NCBI GenBank assembly: GCA_900617105.1
Contig: UYFQ01000057.1
Location: 62,001-126,000, forward strand
Reading direction: 5' to 3'
Source: Hydrurus foetidus
Lineage: Eukaryota
DNA: 64,000 bases
Shown here: piece by piece, positions 46,258 through 55,917 of the stretch
How positions within the stretch are numbered: position 1 is the stretch's first letter
Layout: every line of letters begins with the position of its first letter
The notes under the pieces: model-generated
What the model was told of the DNA's origin: nothing
Database searches by the model: none
What the model saw: the letters and a program-made list of their open reading frames with translations, nothing else
Made by a program: the position numbers and the translations under genes

Positions 46258-46305
46258 CAATAATACCCGGGTTAAATCACCATGTCAATAATACCCGGGT
46301 TAAAT
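46258..46305. promoter_or_regulatory. two 20-bp direct repeats with a palindromic core (putative operator)
   Basis: CAATAATACCCGGGTTAAAT at 46258 and 46286. Confidence 0.7.
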
Positions 46306-46601
46306 TTAAGCCGTGGTGCTTCTGTCACTGGCGCATTGGCACTGCCAGGGGTTGAAAGCCCAATCTGGCGAAAGGCCATGGGTCAAAAGGAAACTGTAGT
46401 GAGTGGTCGAACTCTGCAAGGAATTGGGCGTCACGCGCCAGACCCTTTGCCGGCATATTGGATATGACGGCAGGCTGCGCCAAGGCGGTCAGAAGATGCT
46501 GGACCGCCCACCGATCACACTGGAACAGTACGCAGCCGGCTACCGCAGCGCCTGGGTCAAAGCCTGATGACGGATACGGAAAAGGATAAACGGATGGGCG
46601 T

Positions 46602-46945
46602 TGGTGCAGGGCACGCACTCACGCACGCGCCTGCTGGCGGCCCACACCGAACGCGTGGAAAGCGGCATGCCCTCGGTGCTGTTTGGCCTGCAAAGCTTTG
46701 GCGAAGGGCTGGACTTGCCCGGTGCGCTGTGCGCTGTGCGAAACCGTGTTCATTGCCAAGCTGCCGTTTACCCCGCCCAGCGACCCGGTGGACGAAGCCC
46801 GCACCGAATGGCTGCGCAGCGTGGGGCGCGATCCGTTCAACGAACTGGTGATTCCGGCTACCGGCGTGAAACTGCTGCAGTGGACCGGGCGCAGGTGATT
46901 TGCTATGGCAAGCGCATGCTGGCGGGGTTACCGGCTTATAAATTA
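46602..46945 (+). pseudogene. dinG: duplicated, decayed 3' end of dinG
   Basis: highly similar to 33852-34243, with a 7-bp duplication (46724-46737) and two short deletions. Confidence 0.92.
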
Positions 46946-46962
46946 GGCGCACGCCAGGCCAG

Positions 46963-47859
46963 CTAAGCCAAACGCTCCGCGCCGAAATGCTCCAGCGTGA
47001 AGTCGAGAAAACTGCGCAGCTTGGGCGTCATGCGCCGGTCCGGCGCGTAGAGCACATGGAAGGCGCGTGACGGCACGGGGAACGCTTCCAACACAGGCAC
47101 CAGCCTGCCCGACGCCAAATCGGCCTGCACCAGTTCCCACGACTGCATGAGCAGGCCCATGCCCGCGCGTGCAGCCACCAGCAACGATTCCCCGTTATCG
47201 ACCCGCAGCTTGCCCGCAATGGGCACGGTGATCGGCCCCTGCGGGCCTTCGAAGGTCCAACGCGCATGCAGGTCGCTGTGGGAAAAGCCCAGGCATTCGT
47301 GTTGCGTCAGGTCTTGGGGATGGGTGATGGCCGGGCGACCAGCCAAATAGGCAGGCGCTGCGGTCAGGCATAGGCGGTACGGCGACAGCGCGCGGGCAAT
47401 GAGACCGCTGTCCGCCAACTCACCCACCCGGAACACGATGTCGAAGCCCTCATCGATCAGGTCCACATTGCGGTTGGACAGTGCCATGTCGATGGTCACA
47501 TCGGGGTACCTGCGCAAGTATTCAGGCAGGCGTTGCGACAGGGCATGGATGCCGAACGTGACTGGGGCGTTGATGCGCAATCGCCCGCGGGGCGTGGCCC
47601 CGCTGATGGCCGCAACGCCTTCCGCAGCCTCCACTTCCGCCAGAATGATCTTCACTCGCTCGTAAAAAGCGGTTCCCGCTTCGGTCAGGTGCTGCCGACG
47701 TGTGGTGCGCTGAATCAGACGTACGCCCAGGTGCTGCTCCAGCGTTTGCACATGCTTGCCCACCAGTTGCGACGACATGCGCATGGCATCACCGGCGGCG
47801 GAAAACGAGCCCGCCTCCACGGCCTTGGCAAAAACACCCATGCTTAAAAAACGATCCAT
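46963..47859 (-). CDS. LysR family regulator
   Basis: MDRFLSM, GSFSAA, LIQRTTR, DLIDEGFD motifs. Confidence 0.92.
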   Translation of the reverse strand: MDRFLSMGVFAKAVEAGSFSAAGDAMRMSSQLVGKHVQTLEQHLGVRLIQRTTRRQHLTEAGTAFYERVKIILAEVEAAEGVAAISGATPRGRLRINAPVTFGIHALSQRLPEYLRRYPDVTIDMALSNRNVDLIDEGFDIVFRVGELADSGLIARALSPYRLCLTAAPAYLAGRPAITHPQDLTQHECLGFSHSDLHARWTFEGPQGPITVPIAGKLRVDNGESLLVAARAGMGLLMQSWELVQADLASGRLVPVLEAFPVPSRAFHVLYAPDRRMTPKLRSFLDFTLEHFGAERLA

Positions 47860-47955
47860 TACAAACAATTCATTTCAAGTAAAGACTATTTTTCACCATT
47901 TATCTAAATTCATTTCAATTCTACAGTTCAGGCTCCACTTCACAAGGAGCTACAC

Positions 47956-48582
47956 ATGAAAGTTGCAATCATCGGAACAGGGAATATGGCCAACGGCCTG
48001 GCATTAGCATGGGCCACAGCGGGGCACACCGTCAGCATTGGGGCCCGCGACCCCGCAAAGGCCGCCGCGTTGGCCGACAAGGTCGGTCACGGCGCCGTCG
48101 GCGGTGGCGTGGCCGCGGCTGCGCAGCTGGCAGACATCGTGGTGCTGGCCGTGCCCTATGGCGCCGCCGCAGACGCGATCCAGCAGGCGGGCGGTCTGGC
48201 AGGCAAGGTGGTGGTCGACATCATCAACCCCATCAGTGCGGACTACAAAGAGCTGGTGGTGGGCCACACCACATCGGCCGCTGAAGAAATCCAGAAGCTG
48301 GCGCCGCAGGCCCAGGTGGTGAAGGCTTTCAACACCATCTTCGCCGGCCTGCTGGCGCCCGAGGCACGCAAAGGCAAAACATTGCAGGTGTTTGTAGCCG
48401 GCAATGATGCGAAGGCGAACGCCATGGTGTCCGAACTGGTCACCTCCGCCGGCTTCGAACCGGTGGATTCCGGTGCGCTGTCCAACAGCCGCTACCTTGA
48501 GCCGATTGGAGAAATGAATATCCACTTCGGCTTCTTTCTGGGCAAGGGCCCGGTAGTGGCTCCAGCATGGGTACAGGTCTAA
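47956..48582 (+). CDS. NADPH-dependent F420 reductase-like oxidoreductase
   Basis: IIGTGNMA, LAVPY, DIINP, VVKAFNT motifs. Confidence 0.88.
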   Translation: MKVAIIGTGNMANGLALAWATAGHTVSIGARDPAKAAALADKVGHGAVGGGVAAAAQLADIVVLAVPYGAAADAIQQAGGLAGKVVVDIINPISADYKELVVGHTTSAAEEIQKLAPQAQVVKAFNTIFAGLLAPEARKGKTLQVFVAGNDAKANAMVSELVTSAGFEPVDSGALSNSRYLEPIGEMNIHFGFFLGKGPVVAPAWVQV

Positions 48583-48628
48583 ACCCATCCCATTTCTATC
48601 CCGATCAACCCTCTCTCAAGGATCCAAC

Positions 48629-49105
48629 ATTCCTTCTATCCACACCATTCTTGCCTCCCTGGTACTTGCCACCGCCGCGGCCCCAGCGTTAGTCCACGCC
48701 AAAGACCCTACCGACGAGCAAGCAATCCGCCAGACGCTCGCGCGCTACGAATCCGCACTCAACACCGCAGACACGGCCACGATTGTGGATCTCTACGCGA
48801 AAGACGGTGTGCAGATGGCGCCGGATGCGCCCGCCGCAGTAGGACGTGATGCCGTCAAGGCGGCCTACGAGGGCACATTCAAGGCCATTGCCCTGAACTT
48901 GAAGTTCACGGTGGATGAGGTGAAAGTGCTGGGCAAGAACTCCGCCCTGGTGCGTAGCCACTCTGCTGGGACTCTCAAGGTCAATGGCGTGGAGCAGCCC
49001 GCAGGGACTGCGGCCTTCAAGGAACTATTCGTTCTGAACAAACAGCCCGACGGCCATTGGAAGTTCACCCACTACAGCTTCTCTTCGGCGCCTGCGAGCA
49101 AATAG
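48629..49105 (+). CDS. exported SnoaL/NTF2-like protein with an ATT (non-canonical or mutated) start
   Basis: open frame from ATT, 6 nt after AAGGA; signal peptide, then DEQAIR, LYAKDG, G.DAV, GHWKF. Confidence 0.65.
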   Translation: MPSIHTILASLVLATAAAPALVHAKDPTDEQAIRQTLARYESALNTADTATIVDLYAKDGVQMAPDAPAAVGRDAVKAAYEGTFKAIALNLKFTVDEVKVLGKNSALVRSHSAGTLKVNGVEQPAGTAAFKELFVLNKQPDGHWKFTHYSFSSAPASK

Positions 49106-49119
49106 CGCCTCCAGGCACC

Positions 49120-49151
49120 AATGCCGCTCAGTTAAGGCTGAGCGGCATTTT
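49120..49151 (+). terminator. intrinsic terminator
   Basis: 12-bp stem AATGCCGCTCAG/CTGAGCGGCATT plus T run. Confidence 0.8.
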
Positions 49152-49157
49152 CTCTAT

Positions 49158-49199
49158 CGGGTTGCAGGCTTATAAATTGGGAACGTGGGCGTGGGGTAA
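49158..49199 (+). repeat. third, short copy of the dinG terminal sequence
   Basis: CGGGTTGCAGGCTTATAAATTGGGAACGTGGGCGTGGGGTAA vs dinG CGGGCTTGCCGGCCTATAAATTGGGGATGCGGGTGGTGGGGTGA. Confidence 0.65.
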
Positions 49200-49222
49200 A
49201 GGGGTTTCACTTGGTAGCGTCA

Positions 49223-49666
49223 TTAAATAAGCAGCACAACCGCAAGTACTCCGTTTGCGACCATGAGCGCAATATCGACGACAAAGATGAAAAACATAGG
49301 GCCGGAGAGCACTGGCCAGAGTGACTCGCCAACGCGCCCGCCGCGGATCGCGACCGGAAGGTTCGCGACAAACTGGCTTCCGTGGGCCAGCGAAAACACG
49401 GTTGCAAAGATTGATCGTTGCGATGGTTCCGGGAAAAGCGGGGCATTGAGCAGCAGCAGAATCGCAAATGCGGCGAAGGCAAAGTTCATTCCACCAAGAA
49501 ACCGGATGGAGGCGGAGATAGTAGAGAACAGCGGCGACTCGGACGCTGACCTCGGTACAAGGAGATTGGCAGCGGTATTCGGGGACAGGCAAAAGTATCC
49601 AAAAGCAACTCCAAACCAAAGAATATTCAGTACCAGGACAAAGGAGAAGGCGATTGCTGCGGTCAA
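49223..49666 (-). CDS. hypothetical membrane protein
   Basis: 147-aa ORF with about four hydrophobic segments. Confidence 0.6.
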   Translation of the reverse strand: MTAAIAFSFVLVLNILWFGVAFGYFCLSPNTAANLLVPRSASESPLFSTISASIRFLGGMNFAFAAFAILLLLNAPLFPEPSQRSIFATVFSLAHGSQFVANLPVAIRGGRVGESLWPVLSGPMFFIFVVDIALMVANGVLAVVLLI

Positions 49667-49714
49667 CGGTAACTCCTGCCCTGCTTTGTGTGGTGTTTGA
49701 AAGTCTTCACAGTA

Positions 49715-50056
49715 TTAAATTCCGCCACCTGCAGTCCCCACATCATGCTGCTTTCTCGCAGCGTGATACGCCGTCAGCACCTGCGTGGCCACCATGTCCA
49801 GCGCAGGCCGGGTGTTGCCCTGCTTGTCGGTCCAGACCTTGGGCGTTAGCGCACCGGCCAGTGCCACCGCGTCGCCATCGTCCAGCGCTAGCAGGGCGGC
49901 GCTGGCCTCGGCCGCAAACGCAATCACATTGACGATCAGGCTTTCGCCATCACCGGTTGTGGCCTTGACCTTGGCCAGCGCAAAGCTGCTGCCGTTCTTG
50001 CCCTGCCGGGTTTCGGCCAGGCCCACCAGGGTGCCTGCAATCAATCCTTCCACCAT
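49715..50056 (-). CDS. single-stranded DNA-binding (OB-fold)-like protein
   Basis: GDAVALAGAL..KVWTDKQG..R pattern. Confidence 0.65.
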   Translation of the reverse strand: MVEGLIAGTLVGLAETRQGKNGSSFALAKVKATTGDGESLIVNVIAFAAEASAALLALDDGDAVALAGALTPKVWTDKQGNTRPALDMVATQVLTAYHAARKQHDVGTAGGGI

Positions 50057-50166
50057 CGTGCTTCCTCTCGCCCCAAAAGGGCACCGCAACCCCTCGGCCG
50101 CCATTGATCCCGATTGTGCGGGCAGACTGCGTGTGGCTTGCGAAGGCCTCCCGTTGCGTCTTTTGT

Positions 50167-51198
50167 TCAGGCCGCGGGAATCGTGGAACGGGTCTTGAGA
50201 CCCAGCTTCTGCAGCAAGGTCACGTCAGCGCCCACATCGGGGTTGCCGGTCACCAGCAGCTTGTCACCGTAAAAGATGGAATTGGCACCAGCCATGAAGC
50301 ACAGGGCTTGCACCGCATCACCCAGTTGCTGGCGCCCGGCCGACAACCGCACGCGCGCCTTGGGCATGAGGATGCGGGCCACGGCAATCACACGCACAAA
50401 GTCAAACGGGTCGATAGGGTCACTGTCAGCCAACGGCGTGCCGGGCACGCGCACCAGGCTGTTGATGGGCACCGACTCAGGGTACGGCGACAAATTGGCC
50501 AACTGGGCCAGCAGGCCCGCGCGGTGGGCCGGGGTCTCGCCCATGCCCACAATGCCGCCGCAGCACACGCTGATGCCGGCAGCACGCACATGGCCCAGCG
50601 TGTCCAGCCGGTCCTGGTAGGTGCGGGTGTCCACCACCTCGGTGTAGTACTCGGGCGCGGTGTCCAGGTTGTGGTTGTAGTAGTCCAGCCCGGCCTCGCG
50701 CAGCTGGGTGGCGTGGTGCGACTCGAGCATGCCCAGCGTGGCACAGGTCTGCAGGCCCAGGCCCTTCACGGCGCTGACCAACTCAGCCACTTTTTCCACA
50801 TCGCGGTCCTTGGGCGCGCGCCAGGCGGCGCCCATGCAGAAGCGGGTAGCGCCCGCATCTTTAGCGGCTTGCGCGGCGCGTAGCACCTCGTCCACTTCCA
50901 TGAGCTTTTGTGCTTTCACACCCGTATCAAATTCGGCGGCCTGCGGGCAGTAGCCGCAGTTCTCGGGGCATCCGCCGGTTTTGACGGAGAGCAGCGTGGC
51001 CAGCTCAATATCTCCCTCGGGCCAGTGCTGGCGGTGCACGGTCTGCGCCTGGTGCACCAGGTCCAGCAGCGGCGTGTCCAGCAGCGCTTGGACCGCGTCT
51101 ACGCTCCAGGTGGCCGAGGCGCTATGCCCGCTATCGGTGCGCTTGGGCTGAAAGTGCAAGGTTTGGGCCGCAGGAGGATGTTCTAGTGTTGTTGTCAT
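50167..51198 (-). CDS. bioB: biotin synthase
   Basis: [34 protein letters not shown] motifs. Confidence 0.96.
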   Translation of the reverse strand: MTTTLEHPPAAQTLHFQPKRTDSGHSASATWSVDAVQALLDTPLLDLVHQAQTVHRQHWPEGDIELATLLSVKTGGCPENCGYCPQAAEFDTGVKAQKLMEVDEVLRAAQAAKDAGATRFCMGAAWRAPKDRDVEKVAELVSAVKGLGLQTCATLGMLESHHATQLREAGLDYYNHNLDTAPEYYTEVVDTRTYQDRLDTLGHVRAAGISVCCGGIVGMGETPAHRAGLLAQLANLSPYPESVPINSLVRVPGTPLADSDPIDPFDFVRVIAVARILMPKARVRLSAGRQQLGDAVQALCFMAGANSIFYGDKLLVTGNPDVGADVTLLQKLGLKTRSTIPAA

Positions 51199-51225
51199 GG
51201 GTCTCTCTCAAAAAGGCCAAGCCGC

Positions 51226-52002
51226 TTATTGCTCTACAAAAGCGCGCTCCACAACATAGTCCCCTGGGGTGGTCGTGTTGCCTTCCTTGAAACCCTTGGC
51301 GTCCAGAATCTCGCGCATGTCCTTGTTCAGGCCAGGGCTGCCGCAAATCATGATGCGGTCGGTGGTGGGGTCCAGCGGTGGCAAGCCCAGGTCAACGGAC
51401 AGCTTGTCGGTTGCTATCAGCGTGGTGATGCGGCCCTGGTGCTCAAAGGCCTCGCGGGTCACCGTGGGGTAGTACAGCATTTGCTTGCTGACCATCTCAC
51501 CCAGGAACTCGTGCTGAGGCAGCTCGGTCTTGAAGTAGTCGTAGTAGGCCAGTTCTTTCACTTCGCGCACACCATGCACCACGATGACTTTTTCAAACTT
51601 CTCGTAGGTCTCGGGGTCGCGCGCCACGCTCAGGAAGGGCGCCAAGCCCGTGCCGCTGCCCAACAGATAGAGGTTCTTGCCGGGCAAGAGGTAGTCAATC
51701 AATAGCGTGCCGGTGGGCTTGCGTCCCACCACGATCTTGTCGCCCACCTGGATGTGCTGCAGCTTGGAGGTGAGCGGGCCGTCTTGCACCTTGATGCTCA
51801 AAAACTCCAGGTGCTCTTCGTAGTTGGCGCTGACGATGGAATAGGCGCGCAACAGCGGCTTGCCGCTCTCCTGGCGCAGGCCAATCATGGTGAAGTGGCC
51901 ATTGGAAAAACGCAGGGTGGGGTCCCGAGTAGTGGTGAAGCTGAACAAACGGTCGGTCCAGTGGTGTACGCTTAAAACTGTTTCTTCCAGAAATGCACTC
52001 AT
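51226..52002 (-). CDS. fpr: ferredoxin--NADP+ reductase
   Basis: RAYSIVS, GPLTS, GTGLAPF, MICGSP, VERAFVE motifs. Confidence 0.94.
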   Translation of the reverse strand: MSAFLEETVLSVHHWTDRLFSFTTTRDPTLRFSNGHFTMIGLRQESGKPLLRAYSIVSANYEEHLEFLSIKVQDGPLTSKLQHIQVGDKIVVGRKPTGTLLIDYLLPGKNLYLLGSGTGLAPFLSVARDPETYEKFEKVIVVHGVREVKELAYYDYFKTELPQHEFLGEMVSKQMLYYPTVTREAFEHQGRITTLIATDKLSVDLGLPPLDPTTDRIMICGSPGLNKDMREILDAKGFKEGNTTTPGDYVVERAFVEQ

Positions 52003-52135
52003 GGGGGCCTTGGTGAGGGTCAATCGGAGGGAGCTGCCTGCAGCCACTTTTTGGCTAGGGCGAAACCCTACATTGTAAAACTTCATACCCCCACGACTTG
52101 TTATATCGATATTGATTTGAATCATTAAGCATTGC

Positions 52136-52495
52136 ATGTCCAACGCCCCTGCTTCCTCTGCTTCTGCCCCCCTGCTGGTGGCCTGCCTGTGCGCCCAATG
52201 GTGCGGCACCTGCAACGACTACCGTACCTTGTTTGACCAGCTACAGGCCGAGTTTGCCCATGCGCACTTTGTTTGGGTGGATATTGAAGACGAGGCAGAC
52301 CTGGTGGACCCCATCGAGGTGGAAGACTTCCCCACGGTGCTGATTGCCAGCGGCACGACCCCCCGCTTCTTTGGCACCGTGATGCCGCATGTGGAAACCC
52401 TGCGTCGCCTGCTGCAGTCCGCCACCGAGGCGGGCGCCAGCACCGTGGCCGACCCCGATGTTGCTGCGCTGGTTCAGCGCTTGCGCGCGCGCTGA
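52136..52495 (+). CDS. thioredoxin family protein
   Basis: CLCAQWCGTC, WVDIED, FPT motifs. Confidence 0.85.
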   Translation: MSNAPASSASAPLLVACLCAQWCGTCNDYRTLFDQLQAEFAHAHFVWVDIEDEADLVDPIEVEDFPTVLIASGTTPRFFGTVMPHVETLRRLLQSATEAGASTVADPDVAALVQRLRAR

Positions 52496-53028
52496 GGCGC
52501 CTGCAGCGCAGCCAGCAGCCGTGCGCCCTCGGGCCCAGCCCAGTCCAGCGCGCCGCGCACCGTGCTGTGCACCTGGCCCAGGCTGTCGATGAGCACCGTG
52601 GACGGATAAATACGGATGCCCCAAGCGCGGGCGATGTCACCCTGCGCATCGCGCACCACGGGCAGCTGCAGCCCGGTGGCCTGCACAAAGCGCTGCACCG
52701 CGTCGGGTGATTCCTTGAGGTTGATGGCGATGACGACCAGGCGCTGCGCTTCGCGTTCTGCCAGCGCTTGCAGCGATGGCATCTCGGCGCGGCAGGGTTC
52801 GCACCAGCTGGCCCAGAAGTTCAGCAGCACGGCGCGGCCGCGCAGGTCCGCCAGTTGCCAGCGCACGCTGGCCTGGTCTACCAGCGGCAGCGCGGGCGCC
52901 GCCTGCCCGTGGCGCCAGGGCTGTACGTCAAAACCTGGGCTGGCTTCAGCCGCCTGTGCCCATGCGCGCGTGCCTGCCAACGCGGCCGACAGCCCGGCAA
53001 CCAAAGCAGTACGCCGGGAAGCATTCAT
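52474..53028 (-). CDS. TlpA-family disulfide reductase
   Basis: NFWASWCEPCRAEMP; twin-arginine-like N-terminus. Confidence 0.9.
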   Translation of the reverse strand: MNASRRTALVAGLSAALAGTRAWAQAAEASPGFDVQPWRHGQAAPALPLVDQASVRWQLADLRGRAVLLNFWASWCEPCRAEMPSLQALAEREAQRLVVIAINLKESPDAVQRFVQATGLQLPVVRDAQGDIARAWGIRIYPSTVLIDSLGQVHSTVRGALDWAGPEGARLLAALQAPQRARKR

Positions 53029-53044
53029 GGGGAGGTTTAAGTAT

Positions 53045-53100
53045 AAAACAAGGCGCTAGCCCGCGTGGAATATGCGCGAGCAGCTCCTTATTTCATAGCA
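53045..53100 (-). repeat. dispersed ~55-bp repeat, copy F (intergenic)
   Basis: TGCTAtgaaataaggAGCTGCtcgCGCAtattccacgcGGGCTA. Confidence 0.8.
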
Positions 53101-53113
53101 TTCTGGTTGCCGG

Positions 53114-55467
53114 TCAGAGTTTGGCTGACACCCAGGCCTGCACGCTGGCCAGCGCAGCGGCCAGCTTGGCGGGCTCGGTGCCGCCGGCCATGGCCATGTC
53201 GGCCTTGCCGCCGCCCTTGCCGCCCACTTGCGCGGCAACAAAGTTGGCCAGCTCGCCCGCCTTGACCTTGCCCGTGGTGTCATTCGTCACGCCCGCAGCG
53301 ATCTGCACCTTGTCGCCATCCACCGCGCCCAGCACAATGACCGCGGTCTTGAGCTTGTCCTTGAGCTTGTCCATGGTGTCGCGCAGGGTCTTGGCGTCGG
53401 CGCCTTCCAGCTTAGCGGCCAGCACCTTCACGCCGTTCACGTCCACCGCGCTGCCCACCAGCTCGTCGCCCTGGGCAGAGGCCAGCTTGCCCTTGAGAGC
53501 AGCCACTTCTTTTTCCAGCGCAGGCAATTGTTTGCGAAGTTGGAAGGCTCGCTCATAAAGCGCAGTGGGATTGGAATTCAGCATCGCCGCCACATCGATA
53601 ATGAGCAGCTGTTGCTCTCGGACCCATTCCAGTGCATTCAGGCCCGTCACGGCTTCCACGCGGCGCACGCCCGCGGCCACACCGGTTTCGCCCACCACCT
53701 TGAACAGGCCAATGTCACCCGTGCGTTGCACATGGACACCACCGCAGAGTTCGCGGCTGGAGCCAATGTCAAGCACACGCACGGTCTCGCCATACTTCTC
53801 GCCGAACAGCATCATGGCGCCGGTCTTCTGGGCCGATTCGATGTCCATCACGCGCGCCTGCGCAGCCACGTTGGCCAGCACTTCGGCGTTCACGATGCCT
53901 TCAATCTGGCGAATCTGTTCGTCCGTCACGGGGGCGTTGTGCGCAAAGTCAAAGCGGGTGCGCTCGGCGTTCACCAGCGAACCCTTTTGCTGCACATGCT
54001 CGCCCAGCACTTCGCGCAGGGCTTTGTGCATCAGGTGGGTGGCGCTGTGGTTGCGCACGGTTGCGGCGCGCTTGGCAGCGTCCACATGGGCCGTGACGGT
54101 GTCGCCCACCTTGAGGCTGCCAGTCTTCAGCGTACCGTGGTGGCCAAACACATCGGCCTTGATCTTTTGTGTGTCGCCCACTTCAAACAGGCCGGCGTCG
54201 GAGAACACCGCGCCTTCGTCGCCCACTTGGCCGCCGCTCTCGGAATAGAAGGGAGTGGTGTCCAGCACCAGCACGCCATCTTGACCCGCTTTTAGCTCGC
54301 TAACCGGCGTGCCGTCTGCGTAGAGTGCTACGATTTTGCTAGCTTGCGTGAGCTGCTCGTAACCCACAAAGGTGTTGCCGGCGCCGCTGTACTCCAGCGC
54401 CTTGTCCATCTTGAACTTGCCCGCAGCGCGGCCCTTGGCCTTTTGCTGCTCCATGGCGGCCTTGAAGCCAGCTTCGTCTACTGCCACATCGTTTTCGCGG
54501 CACACGTCGGCACTCAGGTCCAACGGGAAGCCATAGGTGTCGTGCAGCTTGAAGGCCACGTCGCCGGGCAGCACTTTGACGCCACCGGTGGCTTGACCAC
54601 CGGCCCCGTTGGTGCCGAGGGCCTCGTCCAGAATCTGCATGCCCGTGGCCAGCGTTTCAAAGAAGCGCTCTTCTTCCACGCGCAGTACTTCGGTGATGCG
54701 GGCTTCTTGCGACGCCATATGCGGATAGGCCGCGCCCATCACCTGCACCAGGTCTTTGACGAGCTTGTGGAAAAACGGGGTCTTCTGGCCCAGCTTGTAG
54801 CCGTGGCGGATGGCGCGGCGCACGATGCGGCGCTGCACATAACCGCGGCCTTCGTTGCTCGGGATCACGCCGTCACTCACCAAAAACGCAGTGGCGCGGA
54901 TATGGTCGGCAATCACGCGCAGGGACTTATTGCCCAAGTCGGTACAGCCGGTTTCGCGGGATGCCGCCTTGATCAGCGCGTCAAACAGGTCGATTTCGTA
55001 GTTGCTGTGCACGTGCTGCAGGATGGCGGCCAGGCGCTCCAGGCCCATGCCGGTGTCCACGCAGGGTGCGGGCAGCGGCGTGACGGCGCCGGTCTCGTCC
55101 ATGTTGAACTGCATGAACACGTTGTTCCAGATTTCGATGAAGCGGTCGCCGTCTTCATCGGGGCTGCCGGGGGGGCCGCCGGGGATGTGGTCGCCGTGGT
55201 CGTAGAAAATTTCCGAGCACGGGCCGCAGGGGCCGGTGTCGGCCATCATCCAGAAGTTGTCGCTCTTGTAGCGGCCGCCCTTGTTGTCGCCAATGCGGAT
55301 CACGCGCTCAGGTGGCAGGCCAATCTCCTTGGTCCAGATGTCATAGGCCTCATCGTCCTCTTCGTACACAGTGGCCAGCAGGCGCTCTTTGGGCAGCTTG
55401 TAGACCTCGGTCAGCAGCTCCCAGGCCCATTTCAGACTCTCACGTTTGAAGTAGTCGCCAAAGCTCC

Positions 55468-55498
<31 letters not shown>

Positions 55499-55765
55499 GC
55501 GCGCGGTGTAGCCCACGTTTTCCAGATCGTTGTGCTTGCCGCCAGCACGCAAACAGGCTTGGACGGACGCAGCGCGCACATAGGAGCGCTTGTCGGCGCC
55601 CAGAAACACGTCCTTGAACTGCACCATGCCCGAGTTGGTGAACATCAGCGTGGGGTCGTTACCAGGAACCAGCGGGCTGCTGGCCACCACGGTGTGGCCC
55701 TTGGAGGCAAAGAAGTCGAGGAAGGTTTTGCGAATGTCGGAAACACTCATTACAGGCTGGGTCAT
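53114..55765 (-). CDS. alaS: alanyl-tRNA synthetase
   Basis: [47 protein letters not shown] motifs. Confidence 0.97.
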
Positions 55766-55902
55766 GTCTGGTTTTCTTCGCGCGTGGGGTCTATGGAGCC
55801 TTCTATTATCGCCGCCCCCGGTGCAGGGCTGGCGCCGCCACGAAACGCAGGGCGCCAACCCACGGGGCACGGGTTTTTACTAGGCATAGACACCACAAAA
55901 CA

Positions 55903-55916
55903 ACTAACATGTTAGT
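55903..55916. promoter_or_regulatory. 14-bp perfect palindrome, putative GntR operator
   Basis: ACTAACATGTTAGT immediately before the GntR ATG. Confidence 0.55.
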
Positions 55917-55917
55917 C

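Noticed and set aside
46325..46600. Short ORFs before the dinG duplicate
   Set aside because: No recognisable motif; possibly gene debris, but I cannot support a call.
34265..49700. Prophage or ICE
   Set aside because: No integrase, structural, replication or conjugation genes are recognisable.
54326..54348. TGCTACGATTTTGCTAGC in alaS as a seventh repeat copy
   Set aside because: Only the first half matches; the CGCA-N10-GGGCT blocks are absent at the right spacing.
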